DNA from: a virus
Reading direction: 5' to 3' (one strand)
DNA length: 38,757 nt
Virus record (IMG/VR): IMGVR_UViG_3300027037_000001
Positions 1-6,779 of the stretch are shown piece after piece. The notes beneath the pieces are model-generated. The model ran no database searches. It was given only the letters and a program-made list of their open reading frames with translations, and was not told the DNA's origin. Each line of letters starts with the position of its first letter. Within the stretch, counting starts at the first letter, position 1. Made by a program: the position numbers and the translations under genes.

Positions 1-99
1 GTCGAAACCGAAATACGGGCTCAGCCTGTTAGCCCTTCCGTTCCTAATCCTAGCGCTGATAAGTTGCACGATTCCTGGTCAAGGGACTAAGCCACCTGC
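1..99. repeat. Terminal direct overlap, copy 1 (identical to 38659..38757)
   Basis: Base-by-base comparison shows that 1..99 and 38659..38757 are identical. This indicates a circularly closed or terminally redundant assembly. The unique genome is about 38,658 bp. Confidence 0.95.
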
Positions 100-265
100 C
101 CCGGTCGTCGTATCCACCGGATGCGAGTGGACGTCACCCATTTACGTCTCCAAGGTCGATGTGCTGACCAAGGAGACCGCAGACGCCATCCTTTCCCATA
201 ACCTCACGGGTGCAAAGATCTGCGGATGGAAGCCGAACCCGAAGAAGCCGGAGAGCTCCAAATGA
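2..265 (+). CDS. o-spanin (Rz1-like outer-membrane lipoprotein), 3' part; the gene starts at 38654 and wraps the contig junction
   Basis: The frame reads SKPKYGLSLLALPFLILALISC|TIPGQGTKPPAPVVVSTGCEW...KKPESSK*. It has an LISC lipobox, a Pro-rich mature part with extra Cys residues, and sits directly after the i-spanin. The stop is TGA at 263..265. Confidence 0.75.
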   Translation, partial: SKPKYGLSLLALPFLILALISCTIPGQGTKPPAPVVVSTGCEWTSPIYVSKVDVLTKETADAILSHNLTGAKICGWKPNPKKPESSK

Positions 266-405
266 GTATCGTCATGATCCTGCTTATCATCGCTTTCGTG
301 CTGGCTTTGCTCGCCGCCTTCGGTGTCGCGACGCCAGTCGGGCTATTCCCGCTGGCGTTCGCTTTGTTTGTGCTGGCTGAGATTGTGGGTCGTTGGCACG
401 TTTAA
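262..405 (+). CDS. Small membrane protein, 47 aa, two predicted TMDs
   Basis: ATG 262 overlaps the o-spanin stop (ATGA). The product is MSIVMILLIIAFVLALLAAFGVATPVGLFPLAFALFVLAEIVGRWHV. It is too short for the ORF track and is the last gene of the rightward late/lysis operon. Confidence 0.55.
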   Translation: MSIVMILLIIAFVLALLAAFGVATPVGLFPLAFALFVLAEIVGRWHV

Positions 406-563
406 TATCGGCGGAATGGGTTACCCCAAAAAACATAGACCTTACCCCGACGCCTTACAACATGGCGCTGAGGAAGCACGAAGATCAAATCTGGCCTTGT
501 ATCCTGAGTCATAATTTGATTCCACACATCAGCCATGGCCTTAACTATTTCATCGTGATTCAT
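402..563 (-). CDS. Hypothetical protein, 53 aa
   Basis: ATG 563..561 overlaps the annealase stop (TGATG). The product is MNHDEIVKAMADVWNQIMTQDTRPDLIFVLPQRHVVRRRGKVYVFWGNPFRRY. Its stop overlaps the stop of the convergent 262..405 gene. Confidence 0.45.
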   Translation of the reverse strand: MNHDEIVKAMADVWNQIMTQDTRPDLIFVLPQRHVVRRRGKVYVFWGNPFRRY

Positions 564-1213
564 CAGAAAGGATCCCCATCCTCGTTGACGAGGACGTCGG
601 CATAAGCGGGCTCAGCGACCTCCGCCACTTCCTCTACGGCCAACGCTTCCAAAGCACCCGATAGCGAATCGTCCGACACCTGATGCACGCGGATAGGCGC
701 AATGTCTTCCGCTTCGTCGGCAGTGCGCATACCCATCAGGATATCCGGCGCGTAGAACCGTCCGAAGAACGTCGCCGCCCGATAGCGAAGCATAAGCTGG
801 GGCATGGTCTTCCACTTGGACCCGTTCTTGTCCAGCCATCCTTCGGCCTTCGCCATGGCGATGGTGACGGTCACGCCTTCGACGATATCACCCGTATCCT
901 TGTCGGTGGCATAGGCCACGCATTCGGTGGCCGTCTCACGGAACCGAAGCGGCGTAAACCTTCCACACGAATTGATCGCCGAAATGATGAACGTGGACGA
1001 CCACGACGGGCGGCCGTGGATGATGTTAAGCGACTGCGCCACCATCAAAGGGTCCGCGCCGATGCGCTTCGCCATATTGAAGATGATCAGGCAGTTCGCG
1101 ATATCCCCCTGGTGCTCCTTCGGCATCAGCGATGAGAGCGAAAGCGCCTTGGCCTCACGCTGCGCCAGTTCGAAGGCTTCGGTGGGGGTTTCGTAGGTGG
1201 TTAGTTGGTTCAT
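563..1213 (-). CDS. Single-strand annealing protein, Red-beta/RecT superfamily
   Basis: 216 aa. The segment GSKWKTMPQLMLRYRAATFFGRFYAPDILMGMRTADEAEDI resembles the lambda Bet C-terminal core (PWQSHPKRMLRHKAMIQCARLAFGF..DKDEAE). There is a strong RBS (GGAGGTGA), and the gene shares an operon with an exonuclease. Confidence 0.8.
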   Translation of the reverse strand: MNQLTTYETPTEAFELAQREAKALSLSSLMPKEHQGDIANCLIIFNMAKRIGADPLMVAQSLNIIHGRPSWSSTFIISAINSCGRFTPLRFRETATECVAYATDKDTGDIVEGVTVTIAMAKAEGWLDKNGSKWKTMPQLMLRYRAATFFGRFYAPDILMGMRTADEAEDIAPIRVHQVSDDSLSGALEALAVEEVAEVAEPAYADVLVNEDGDPF

Positions 1214-1389
1214 TTCTCACCTCCAAACATCCAGCCATCATCCACACCGTCATCTAGACCCTGAGTCCAGGCATCAAAAGCCATGCGAGTGATGAATTTT
1301 TCGTATGTACCATCGCTTCTAAGTTCAAACTTGGTAAGACCGTATGATGATGCCCATCTCTCAAATCTTCGTTGCCATTTGTCTTTCAT
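1210..1389 (-). CDS. Hypothetical protein, 59 aa (RF-E-x-W / DG-x-Y family, copy 1)
   Basis: Hand-translated as MKDKWQRRFERWASSYGLTKFELRSDGTYEKFITRMAFDAWTQGLDDGVDDGWMFGGEK. It has ATGA overlaps at both ends and is a paralogue of the next gene. Confidence 0.6.
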   Translation of the reverse strand: MKDKWQRRFERWASSYGLTKFELRSDGTYEKFITRMAFDAWTQGLDDGVDDGWMFGGEK

Positions 1390-1592
1390 TTTTCAGAAAC
1401 TCCAAGTGAAAAACCTTTGTGCCAACCGAAGTCAACGCCAACTAGAAATGCATGCCAGAGATCACTAACCCTGTAATCCTTATAGTCGCCATTCGATGTG
1501 AGTTCTAAACGCATCTTTGCCTTGGCAAACCAATCCCTATCTTTGATCCAAGACTCGAACCTTTGGCGCCGGATGTCATTTTTATCGATCAT
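1386..1592 (-). CDS. Hypothetical protein, 68 aa (RF-E-x-W / DG-x-Y family, copy 2)
   Basis: This uses the internal ATG of ORF 1386..1643. The product is MIDKNDIRRQRFESWIKDRDWFAKAKMRLELTSNGDYKDYRVSDLWHAFLVGVDFGW... It shares motif order with 1210..1389. Confidence 0.6.
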   Translation of the reverse strand: MIDKNDIRRQRFESWIKDRDWFAKAKMRLELTSNGDYKDYRVSDLWHAFLVGVDFGWHKGFSLGVSEK

Positions 1593-1770
1593 TCTGCACC
1601 GACATAGCCCTGCGCACAGCTTTCCTCTCAAGATCGTTTTCACATAGCTCCATGGGGTCTATGCGTGTTCGATTGATCAGGTTTATGAGAGTAAGGCGCT
1701 GGTCTTCAAGATCGTTGATCCAGTTCTGAAGCATAGCGCCTTCACCGAAATCGTCTTCGTAGTCGATCAT
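1582..1770 (-). CDS. Hypothetical protein, 62 aa
   Basis: ORF-track entry. It has an ATGA overlap with the upstream gene at 1767..1770 and an acidic N-terminus. It lies in the low-GC stretch. Confidence 0.5.
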   Translation of the reverse strand: MIDYEDDFGEGAMLQNWINDLEDQRLTLINLINRTRIDPMELCENDLERKAVRRAMSVQNDR

Positions 1771-2147
1771 TCGATCACCTCAACAAGTTTTATCCGGAGG
1801 GCGCCTTGACGCGCTGCGTTGATGGCGGCTTCTTCCGATTCGTGACACACCAAGTAGTCGCCATCTTCTTCAGGATATACATTTATCCATAATTCGCGAG
1901 GAACTGGTTTTACTCGATAATTGTTTTCTTCAAAATTCCAAACTGGCTCACTATGGTTATGCCAGTCTGTCCAATCGGCGTCCCTCCGATGCCTAAACTG
2001 GATCTTCTCCCCATTGAGGTATGCATTGATGACCAGACCGGCATCCCATGTTTTCTGCTTATTTACGTACTTAGCGCGATCCGCTGGATTACTAAACATG
2101 GATTTTTCCTCTGGCTCTCGATAGAAACGGTTGTCTTTCTTATCCAC
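1767..2147 (-). CDS. Hypothetical protein, 126 aa
   Basis: ORF-track entry in the low-GC island. The sequence looks like a real protein (W/Y-rich, ...YRVKPVPRELWINVY...). I recognise no family with confidence. Confidence 0.65.
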   Translation of the reverse strand: MDKKDNRFYREPEEKSMFSNPADRAKYVNKQKTWDAGLVINAYLNGEKIQFRHRRDADWTDWHNHSEPVWNFEENNYRVKPVPRELWINVYPEEDGDYLVCHESEEAAINAARQGALRIKLVEVIE

Positions 2148-2325
2148 GGCTCAATTCCTCGGCTGTCTTACGAGAACCAGTGAAATATCCGCCTTTCCAA
2201 AATGCGTAACAAACCTCCCGTTCAGGCCAAAAACCGTAGCTACGTAGATCATCAAGAACCTCATCCCAAAACTTTAAAAAATCCGCATCGTTCTCATCGT
2301 TCAAGCATTTCGATGATTCGTTCAA
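2140..2325 (-). CDS. Hypothetical protein, 61 aa
   Basis: ORF-track entry on the same strand as its neighbours. It overlaps the upstream gene by 32 nt. Confidence 0.5.
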   Translation of the reverse strand: MNESSKCLNDENDADFLKFWDEVLDDLRSYGFWPEREVCYAFWKGGYFTGSRKTAEELSRG

Positions 2326-2521
2326 GGGTGTACCTCGCTGTATGGTATGAGTCGATTCCGCCGTCGTTGACGATCTTTTGAAGGCCTTCAGTGGCAGTAA
2401 CTTGAATCGCCTTCAGGCTGTCTCTGGCTTCGATCAAAACATCTTCGATTTCCCAATGGCCGTCGTCATATGCGCGAATAGCTGATAGCTCAAGGCGATA
2501 AGCTAGGTCTTTATCAATCAT
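2294..2521 (-). CDS. Hypothetical protein, 75 aa
   Basis: ORF-track entry. Its start overlaps the exonuclease stop by 8 nt. Confidence 0.55.
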   Translation of the reverse strand: MIDKDLAYRLELSAIRAYDDGHWEIEDVLIEARDSLKAIQVTATEGLQKIVNDGGIDSYHTARYTLERIIEMLER

Positions 2522-3308
2522 CCCATTTCACCCACTTAGGCAACCCATAAGGTGTGACCTTGGCACGTGGCTTAGGCCACTCGTTTTTGCGCAGGCATTC
2601 GGCATAGACCTCATAGGCCCGCCTTGCATCTTCCTCGCCTTTCTGCAACACGCGATCATCCGGGTAGAAGATATTGCATAGGAACGGCGCTTTGTCTTCG
2701 AACGCGATAAATGCCATCTTCTTCACCGGCTCGCCAGTCGCCAGTGACTTTACGAACGGATAGTGGAACACCGCCGTGTTGTATCCGTAGTCATTGGCAT
2801 GCGCCTCCCAACGATCCATGTTGACGATCTTTTTCAGGTCGAAATCGAATCCCGGAACTTCCGAGTCGTCGATATCGAAACGCGCCTTGACGCGAAATCC
2901 CATGCCCGTGTCGGCGAAGTAGGAGACTTCTGCCGTGAATTTCTTCAGGATGGCCTTGATCTGCGGGTCTTGATGGATCGAATCACGGATACGCATGGCG
3001 CGTTCGTACTGCTCAAGCTTGATCGCATGCCTCCCCTCACCGAATTCCTCTACCGACTGCCATTCCTTGGTTCCACGTCGCACGCCATATTTCGTGGTCC
3101 AAATGAACCGCTCAGCGAACGTGCTGGGTTCCAGAATGGCCGCGTGGTAGATCGTGCCATCTTCCGTCGCCTGTGTCTCCACGGGTTCGCCGTACATGAA
3201 GTGCGCAGGGGACTTCAGAAGGCGCCGGAGTGAGGAATTACCCAGCGCCTGATCGGCGTGGTAGGCCTTTTCAGGAAGGCCGGAGTGGCGTCCGATAAAG
3301 TCAGTCAT
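2514..3308 (-). CDS. PD-(D/E)XK exonuclease, RecE/exodeoxyribonuclease VIII C-terminal-domain-like (DUF3799-like)
   Basis: Motifs seen: AYHADQALGNSSLRRLLKSPAHF, GTIYHAAILEP and FDFDLKKI, in the order expected for the family. I prefer ATG 3308 (RBS GGAG, 6 nt spacing) over the TTG at 3371 used by the ORF track. The gene pairs with the annealase. Confidence 0.75.
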   Translation of the reverse strand: MTDFIGRHSGLPEKAYHADQALGNSSLRRLLKSPAHFMYGEPVETQATEDGTIYHAAILEPSTFAERFIWTTKYGVRRGTKEWQSVEEFGEGRHAIKLEQYERAMRIRDSIHQDPQIKAILKKFTAEVSYFADTGMGFRVKARFDIDDSEVPGFDFDLKKIVNMDRWEAHANDYGYNTAVFHYPFVKSLATGEPVKKMAFIAFEDKAPFLCNIFYPDDRVLQKGEEDARRAYEVYAECLRKNEWPKPRAKVTPYGLPKWVKWDD

Positions 3309-3384
3309 CCGACGCTCCACCAACGACGATCCACGCGGCAAGTGCGGCGCAGAATGCAAGGTACAAGACAATAAATACAGCCAT
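3301..3384 (-). CDS. Candidate 27-aa hydrophobic micropeptide
   Basis: An AGGAGA RBS lies 5 nt before ATG 3384. The product is MAVFIVLYLAFCAALAAWIVVGGASDD, and its stop overlaps the exonuclease ATG (ATGACTGA). This is an alternative to the TTG-extended exonuclease model. Confidence 0.35.
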   Translation of the reverse strand: MAVFIVLYLAFCAALAAWIVVGGASDD

Positions 3385-3397
3385 GATATTCTCCTAG

Positions 3398-3883
3398 TTA
3401 GTAGCCGTCGCCGTCGCCGTAGCCGTCGCCATCGCCGTAGCCGTAGCCGTAGCCGTAGCCGTCGCCGTCGCCGTTGCCGTAGCCGTAGCCGTCGCCGTAG
3501 CCGTAGCCGTCGCCGTTGCCGTCGCCGTTGCCGTTGCCGTAGCCGTAGCCGTAGCCGTCGCCGTTGCCGTCGCCGTAGCCGTCGCCGTCGCCGTAGCCGT
3601 AGCCGTAGCCGTCGCCGTTGCCGTCGCCGTCGCCGTCGCCGTAGCCGTCGCCGTCGCCGTAGCCGTAGCCGTAGCCGTAGCCGTTGCCGTAGCCGTAGCC
3701 GTCGCCGTTGCCGTAGCCGTTATTGGCCGCTTTTTTTATCCACGACTCATCAGGGAACTCCGATGATTTGGCTTTGATCCTACCTTTCTGCCTAACCACA
3801 AAAGCCCTGACGCCGTCCATGCACGCCCCGGCCTCCAGGACGTCTACGACAGTAACAACCTCCTTGTACAGAATCGCATTCAT
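3398..3883 (-). CDS. Protein with a 55-aa N-terminal domain plus a (Gly-Tyr/Asp/Asn)x53 dipeptide-repeat tail
   Basis: ATG 3883 follows a GGGAGGA RBS and overlaps the upstream stop (ATGA). The open frame runs through 318 bp of hexamer repeats and ends in a TAA right after the last repeat. Confidence 0.7.
   Translation of the reverse strand: MNAILYKEVVTVVDVLEAGACMDGVRAFVVRQKGRIKAKSSEFPDESWIKKAANNGYGNGDGYGYGNGYGYGYGYGDGDGYGDGDGDGNGDGYGYGYGDGDGYGDGNGDGYGYGYGNGNGDGNGDGYGYGDGYGYGNGDGDGYGYGYGYGDGDGYGDGDGY
3401..3718. repeat. 53 tandem hexanucleotide units (plus strand GTN-GCC; coding strand NAC-GGC)
   Basis: Read directly from the sequence. Every unit ends in GCC. The other triplet is GTA, GTC or GTT, with one ATC at 3431..3433. 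The array has no spacers and lies entirely inside the CDS. Confidence 0.97.
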
Positions 3884-4170
3884 GCATCCTCCCACTTCTT
3901 CGCGGCCGCCTCGGTGACCTCAAATACGGCCGTCACCTTGCGAACTTCCATGTCAGCCCTGGCGCTGATCTTACTGCGCGCCGTCGGGCCGGTTTCGGCA
4001 AGCTCCATAATGCCACGGGTCGTGCCGAATGAAATTGCCATGCGCGCACCCTTGAGATCGATCACGACCCCTTTCGTGTCGCCAGCCAGGCCATAAAACA
4101 CGCCGCGATGCTCGGTGGTGACGATGACGGGACGAAGGGAGGCAGTCTTCTTGGCGGTCATATTTCTCAT
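3880..4170 (-). CDS. Hypothetical protein, 96 aa; first gene of the leftward operon
   Basis: ORF-track entry. An alternative in-frame ATG lies at 4161. The product is ...VIVTTEHRGVFYGLAGDTKG...GIMELAETGP... It is ATGA-coupled to the repeat-protein gene. Confidence 0.65.
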   Translation of the reverse strand: MRNMTAKKTASLRPVIVTTEHRGVFYGLAGDTKGVVIDLKGARMAISFGTTRGIMELAETGPTARSKISARADMEVRKVTAVFEVTEAAAKKWEDA

Positions 4171-4301
4171 CCTATGTTGGTTTATCCGAGGCGGTTATCC
4201 GCTATCGGGAGTGCATCCTCGCACCATCGAATTTGAAAGTCAACACTTGATTTCGATAGCGCATGGGTGCATCATCGGCGCGTCATTAACCGGAGCCGTG
4301 C
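4171..4301. promoter_or_regulatory. Divergent early control region
   Basis: This 131-bp gap separates the opposed first genes. It contains TTATCCG twice (4182, 4195), GTGCATC twice (4211, 4267) and GCACC at 4221. TTGAAAGTCAA (4233..4243) gives back-to-back -35-like hexamers (TTGAAA on plus, TTGACT on minus). ATCGAA/TTCGAT arms lie at 4226 and 4252. Confidence 0.45.
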
Positions 4302-4541
4302 ATGAAAAACCCTGTCGAATTCGTTATTTCCGTGATGGACCCTGGCCCGTCGGGAGGCAATCCGACACGCGACCCCACGGGCGTGGCCGTGCTAGCCGAG
4401 GTGACGGGGGTCAACCGGTCCACTGTGGGCCGTTGGCGTCGATCGGGGCGCATCCCTGTCGAATACTTCCCCCAGATCATCGACTGGTCCAAGCGGAGTG
4501 GGGTGGAGATTCCTCTAAAGAGGCTGGTTGGAGTTCGATAA
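4302..4541 (+). CDS. Cro/YdaS-like HTH DNA-binding protein
   Basis: 79 aa. The segment GVAVLAEVTGVNRSTVGRWRRSGRIPVEYFPQII matches the YdaS/Cro-type HTH pattern (xxVsqWxxxgxiP). It is the first gene of the rightward operon. Confidence 0.65.
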   Translation: MKNPVEFVISVMDPGPSGGNPTRDPTGVAVLAEVTGVNRSTVGRWRRSGRIPVEYFPQIIDWSKRSGVEIPLKRLVGVR

Positions 4542-6041
4542 ATGCAGCTACGACCCTACCAAATAGACATCGTCAATGATGTCCGTGAGGCATTTCGTTC
4601 TCATCGTCGCGTGGTCATGCGCCTAGCCACAGGTGGCGGAAAGACGCCGACAGGCGCGCATATCGTCCAGCAGATGGTCAACAAGGGCAAGAAAATCTTA
4701 TGGCTGGCTCATAAGGAGTTCTTGATATCGCAAGCCAGTGAGAAGCTACGCAACTTCGGGGTTAGGCACGGAATTCTTGCCTCTGGCAGGTTCCCCGATC
4801 CTCGTCATAACGTGCTGGTGTGCTCACTAGGTGTTCTCAGAAATCGTCGCGATTCGACGTTCGAACCTGATGCCATCGTGGTTGATGAGGCTCACCATGC
4901 CGTATCTCCGACGTGGGAGAAATTGCTTAGCTCCTATGGTTGTTACCAGTTGCTTCTAACGGCCACGCCTGAGCGGCCTGATGGGCTAGGAATGGACACC
5001 ATGGCGGACACCATTGTTGAAGGCATCAACGAGTCTGAATTGATGGCATGGAATCGAACTCACCCGGGCGAAGGTCTTTGCCCCTACCGGATCGTCACCG
5101 CCGAATCATTCGTTCACGTTGATGGCGTGAAAAAGAACGGCCTTGATTTCAGTCCTGGCGAACTAGGTAAGTTCATGGAGTCGAACGCCGTCCTAGGAAA
5201 CATCGTTGAGGAAGTTAAGCAAAAAGGAGTAGGACGAAAGTTCCTGTCTTTCTGCCCAACTGTGAAGTTTTCCGAGCAGGTGGCGCAGGAATACCGGGGT
5301 CATGGAATGCGTGTAGTTCACCTAGACGGAACTTCCAAAGAAATACGAAAAACGCTTGCCGATTACGACCGTGGCGAGCTAGACGGAATAACATCGGTAA
5401 ACCTGTTTCTTGAAGGTCTTGACATCAAGCGCGTCGGGCTCATCCAGTGGCTACGCAAGTCCGAGTCCGATATTGTGATCCGCCAAGGTAATGGTCGCGG
5501 ATGGCGTCCTGACACGGACGATGTGATCTTCATGGACCACGTAGGTAATTTTGGTCATTGGGAAGGTTCGCAGTGGATAGATAAGCACGGCCTACCCGAT
5601 GCGACACGAGAGTGGTCACTGGATGGGCGAAAGAAGGCTTACCGAGAAAAGCCCATGTCCATCTGGTCATGCCGCCGATGCTATTCGGCAAATTCGGCCG
5701 CTTACACCATTTGCAAGAATTGCGGCGAAGCTAAGGAAGTGAAAAAGCGTAAGGATATCGAGGTAGACACGTCGGTATCCATGGCAGAACTCGACCTAGA
5801 GGCCATCAAAATGCAAACCAAGCAGGATCAGGCGGCGGCTCGTGGTGTGGATGCGTTGCGGGCGTTGGGGTACTCGGAAGGTAGGGCATCGCACATCGAA
5901 GCAGCACGACGGGAGAAGGCGTTTAAGCGTGCGTCGGTTCGTGAGGTAGCCACGGCACGAGGGGACTTCCAGGCGTTGCGAGAATACATGCAATGGAAGC
6001 CTAAGCAGCTGGATTCGTATTTGGCAGGATCGTCGGAATGA
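4542..6041 (+). CDS. SF2 DEAH-box DNA helicase with C-terminal zinc ribbon
   Basis: Motif I is ATGGGKT, motif II is VVDEAHH and motif III is LLTATPER. A CRRC...CKNC zinc ribbon lies near the C-terminus. Confidence 0.85.
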   Translation: MQLRPYQIDIVNDVREAFRSHRRVVMRLATGGGKTPTGAHIVQQMVNKGKKILWLAHKEFLISQASEKLRNFGVRHGILASGRFPDPRHNVLVCSLGVLRNRRDSTFEPDAIVVDEAHHAVSPTWEKLLSSYGCYQLLLTATPERPDGLGMDTMADTIVEGINESELMAWNRTHPGEGLCPYRIVTAESFVHVDGVKKNGLDFSPGELGKFMESNAVLGNIVEEVKQKGVGRKFLSFCPTVKFSEQVAQEYRGHGMRVVHLDGTSKEIRKTLADYDRGELDGITSVNLFLEGLDIKRVGLIQWLRKSESDIVIRQGNGRGWRPDTDDVIFMDHVGNFGHWEGSQWIDKHGLPDATREWSLDGRKKAYREKPMSIWSCRRCYSANSAAYTICKNCGEAKEVKKRKDIEVDTSVSMAELDLEAIKMQTKQDQAAARGVDALRALGYSEGRASHIEAARREKAFKRASVREVATARGDFQALREYMQWKPKQLDSYLAGSSE

Positions 6042-6250
6042 TCTGGCATCGGGTCAGCGATTACGCTGTTCGTTCCGAAGACGGTCGATTTTCCATATGC
6101 CGGTGCAATGTCGCCGGAAGGATCGATTACACACTGTACCGCATATCGGGACAGCAATTCCTATCGGCAAGGCGAGGCGTCAAGGACAATGCGCCGTCGC
6201 ACCTGGTGGCAATCAATGAGTTGAAACAAGAGGCTGACGCATATGAGTGA
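6038..6250 (+). CDS. Hypothetical protein, 70 aa
   Basis: ORF-track entry with an ATGA overlap on the helicase stop. Confidence 0.55.
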   Translation: MIWHRVSDYAVRSEDGRFSICRCNVAGRIDYTLYRISGQQFLSARRGVKDNAPSHLVAINELKQEADAYE

Positions 6251-6431
6251 GCACATGCCTGGCGTCGATATCTCCAAAATGACCGTTGCCGACCTCTTAC
6301 AGCAATTGAGCTCGTGCCGGACGGAACTGAAGCCATTGGATCGTGAGCGCACCGCACTGATCCTTCAAAAGAGGGCGATTCGTGAAGAACTCCGCAAGCG
6401 ACGCGCCCACGGAGGCGCAAATTCAGGCTGA
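6243..6431 (+). CDS. Hypothetical protein, 62 aa
   Basis: ORF-track entry with an 8-nt overlap on the previous gene. The C-terminal half looks like a basic coiled coil. Confidence 0.5.
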   Translation: MSEHMPGVDISKMTVADLLQQLSSCRTELKPLDRERTALILQKRAIREELRKRRAHGGANSG

Positions 6432-6762
6432 TATCCTGGATCATCTATCTAACGGACCGACGAGGCTATGGCGGACCAATGCAGGCATGGGGTGGGCCGG
6501 GCGACTGATATCCAACGTCAGGGGCACCGTGACGCTCGCCACGGCTCGTCCACTGCATGGCATGCCCGAGGGGTGGCCCGACCTCACTGGGTTCACCCAG
6601 GTGGCGGCAGGGACAGTCCCTGTCTTCATCGAGGTTAAGGATGCCACAGGCAGAGTTAGCCCAGAGCAGACTAGATTCATCGAATTCCTGCGATCGAAAG
6701 GATGTCGTGCGGGGGTTGCCCGGTCCGTCGAGGATGCCCGTAAAATTATCGCTGGAGAGTGA
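6382..6762 (+). CDS. VRR-NUC domain nuclease
   Basis: A GTG start follows a GAGGG RBS at 6 nt. Motifs seen: GWPDL..., FIEVKDATGRVSPEQTRFIEFLRSKG and ARSVEDA, which is the typical VRR-NUC PD-(D/E)XK pattern. Confidence 0.7.
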   Translation: MKNSASDAPTEAQIQADILDHLSNGPTRLWRTNAGMGWAGRLISNVRGTVTLATARPLHGMPEGWPDLTGFTQVAAGTVPVFIEVKDATGRVSPEQTRFIEFLRSKGCRAGVARSVEDARKIIAGE

Positions 6763-6779
6763 AAATAGTTGTTGACAAT

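Noticed and set aside
1-99. The 99-bp end repeat as genuine podovirus direct terminal repeats
   Set aside because: The repeat falls inside the overlapping spanin genes rather than in non-coding ends, and its round k-mer-like length suggests an assembler overlap. Read-terminus analysis would be needed to settle this.
2514-3371. TTG-started 285-aa version of the exonuclease ORF from the track
   Set aside because: The extra 21 aa (SCTLHSAPHLPRGSSLVERR) have no RBS and look non-native. ATG 3308 has a GGAG RBS, and the family motifs all lie downstream of it.
3401-3718. Regular short-repeat array that could be mistaken for a CRISPR array or a non-coding satellite
   Set aside because: The period is only 6 bp and there are no spacers. 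The array is an uninterrupted in-frame part of a gene with an RBS and coupled start, and it ends exactly at a stop codon.
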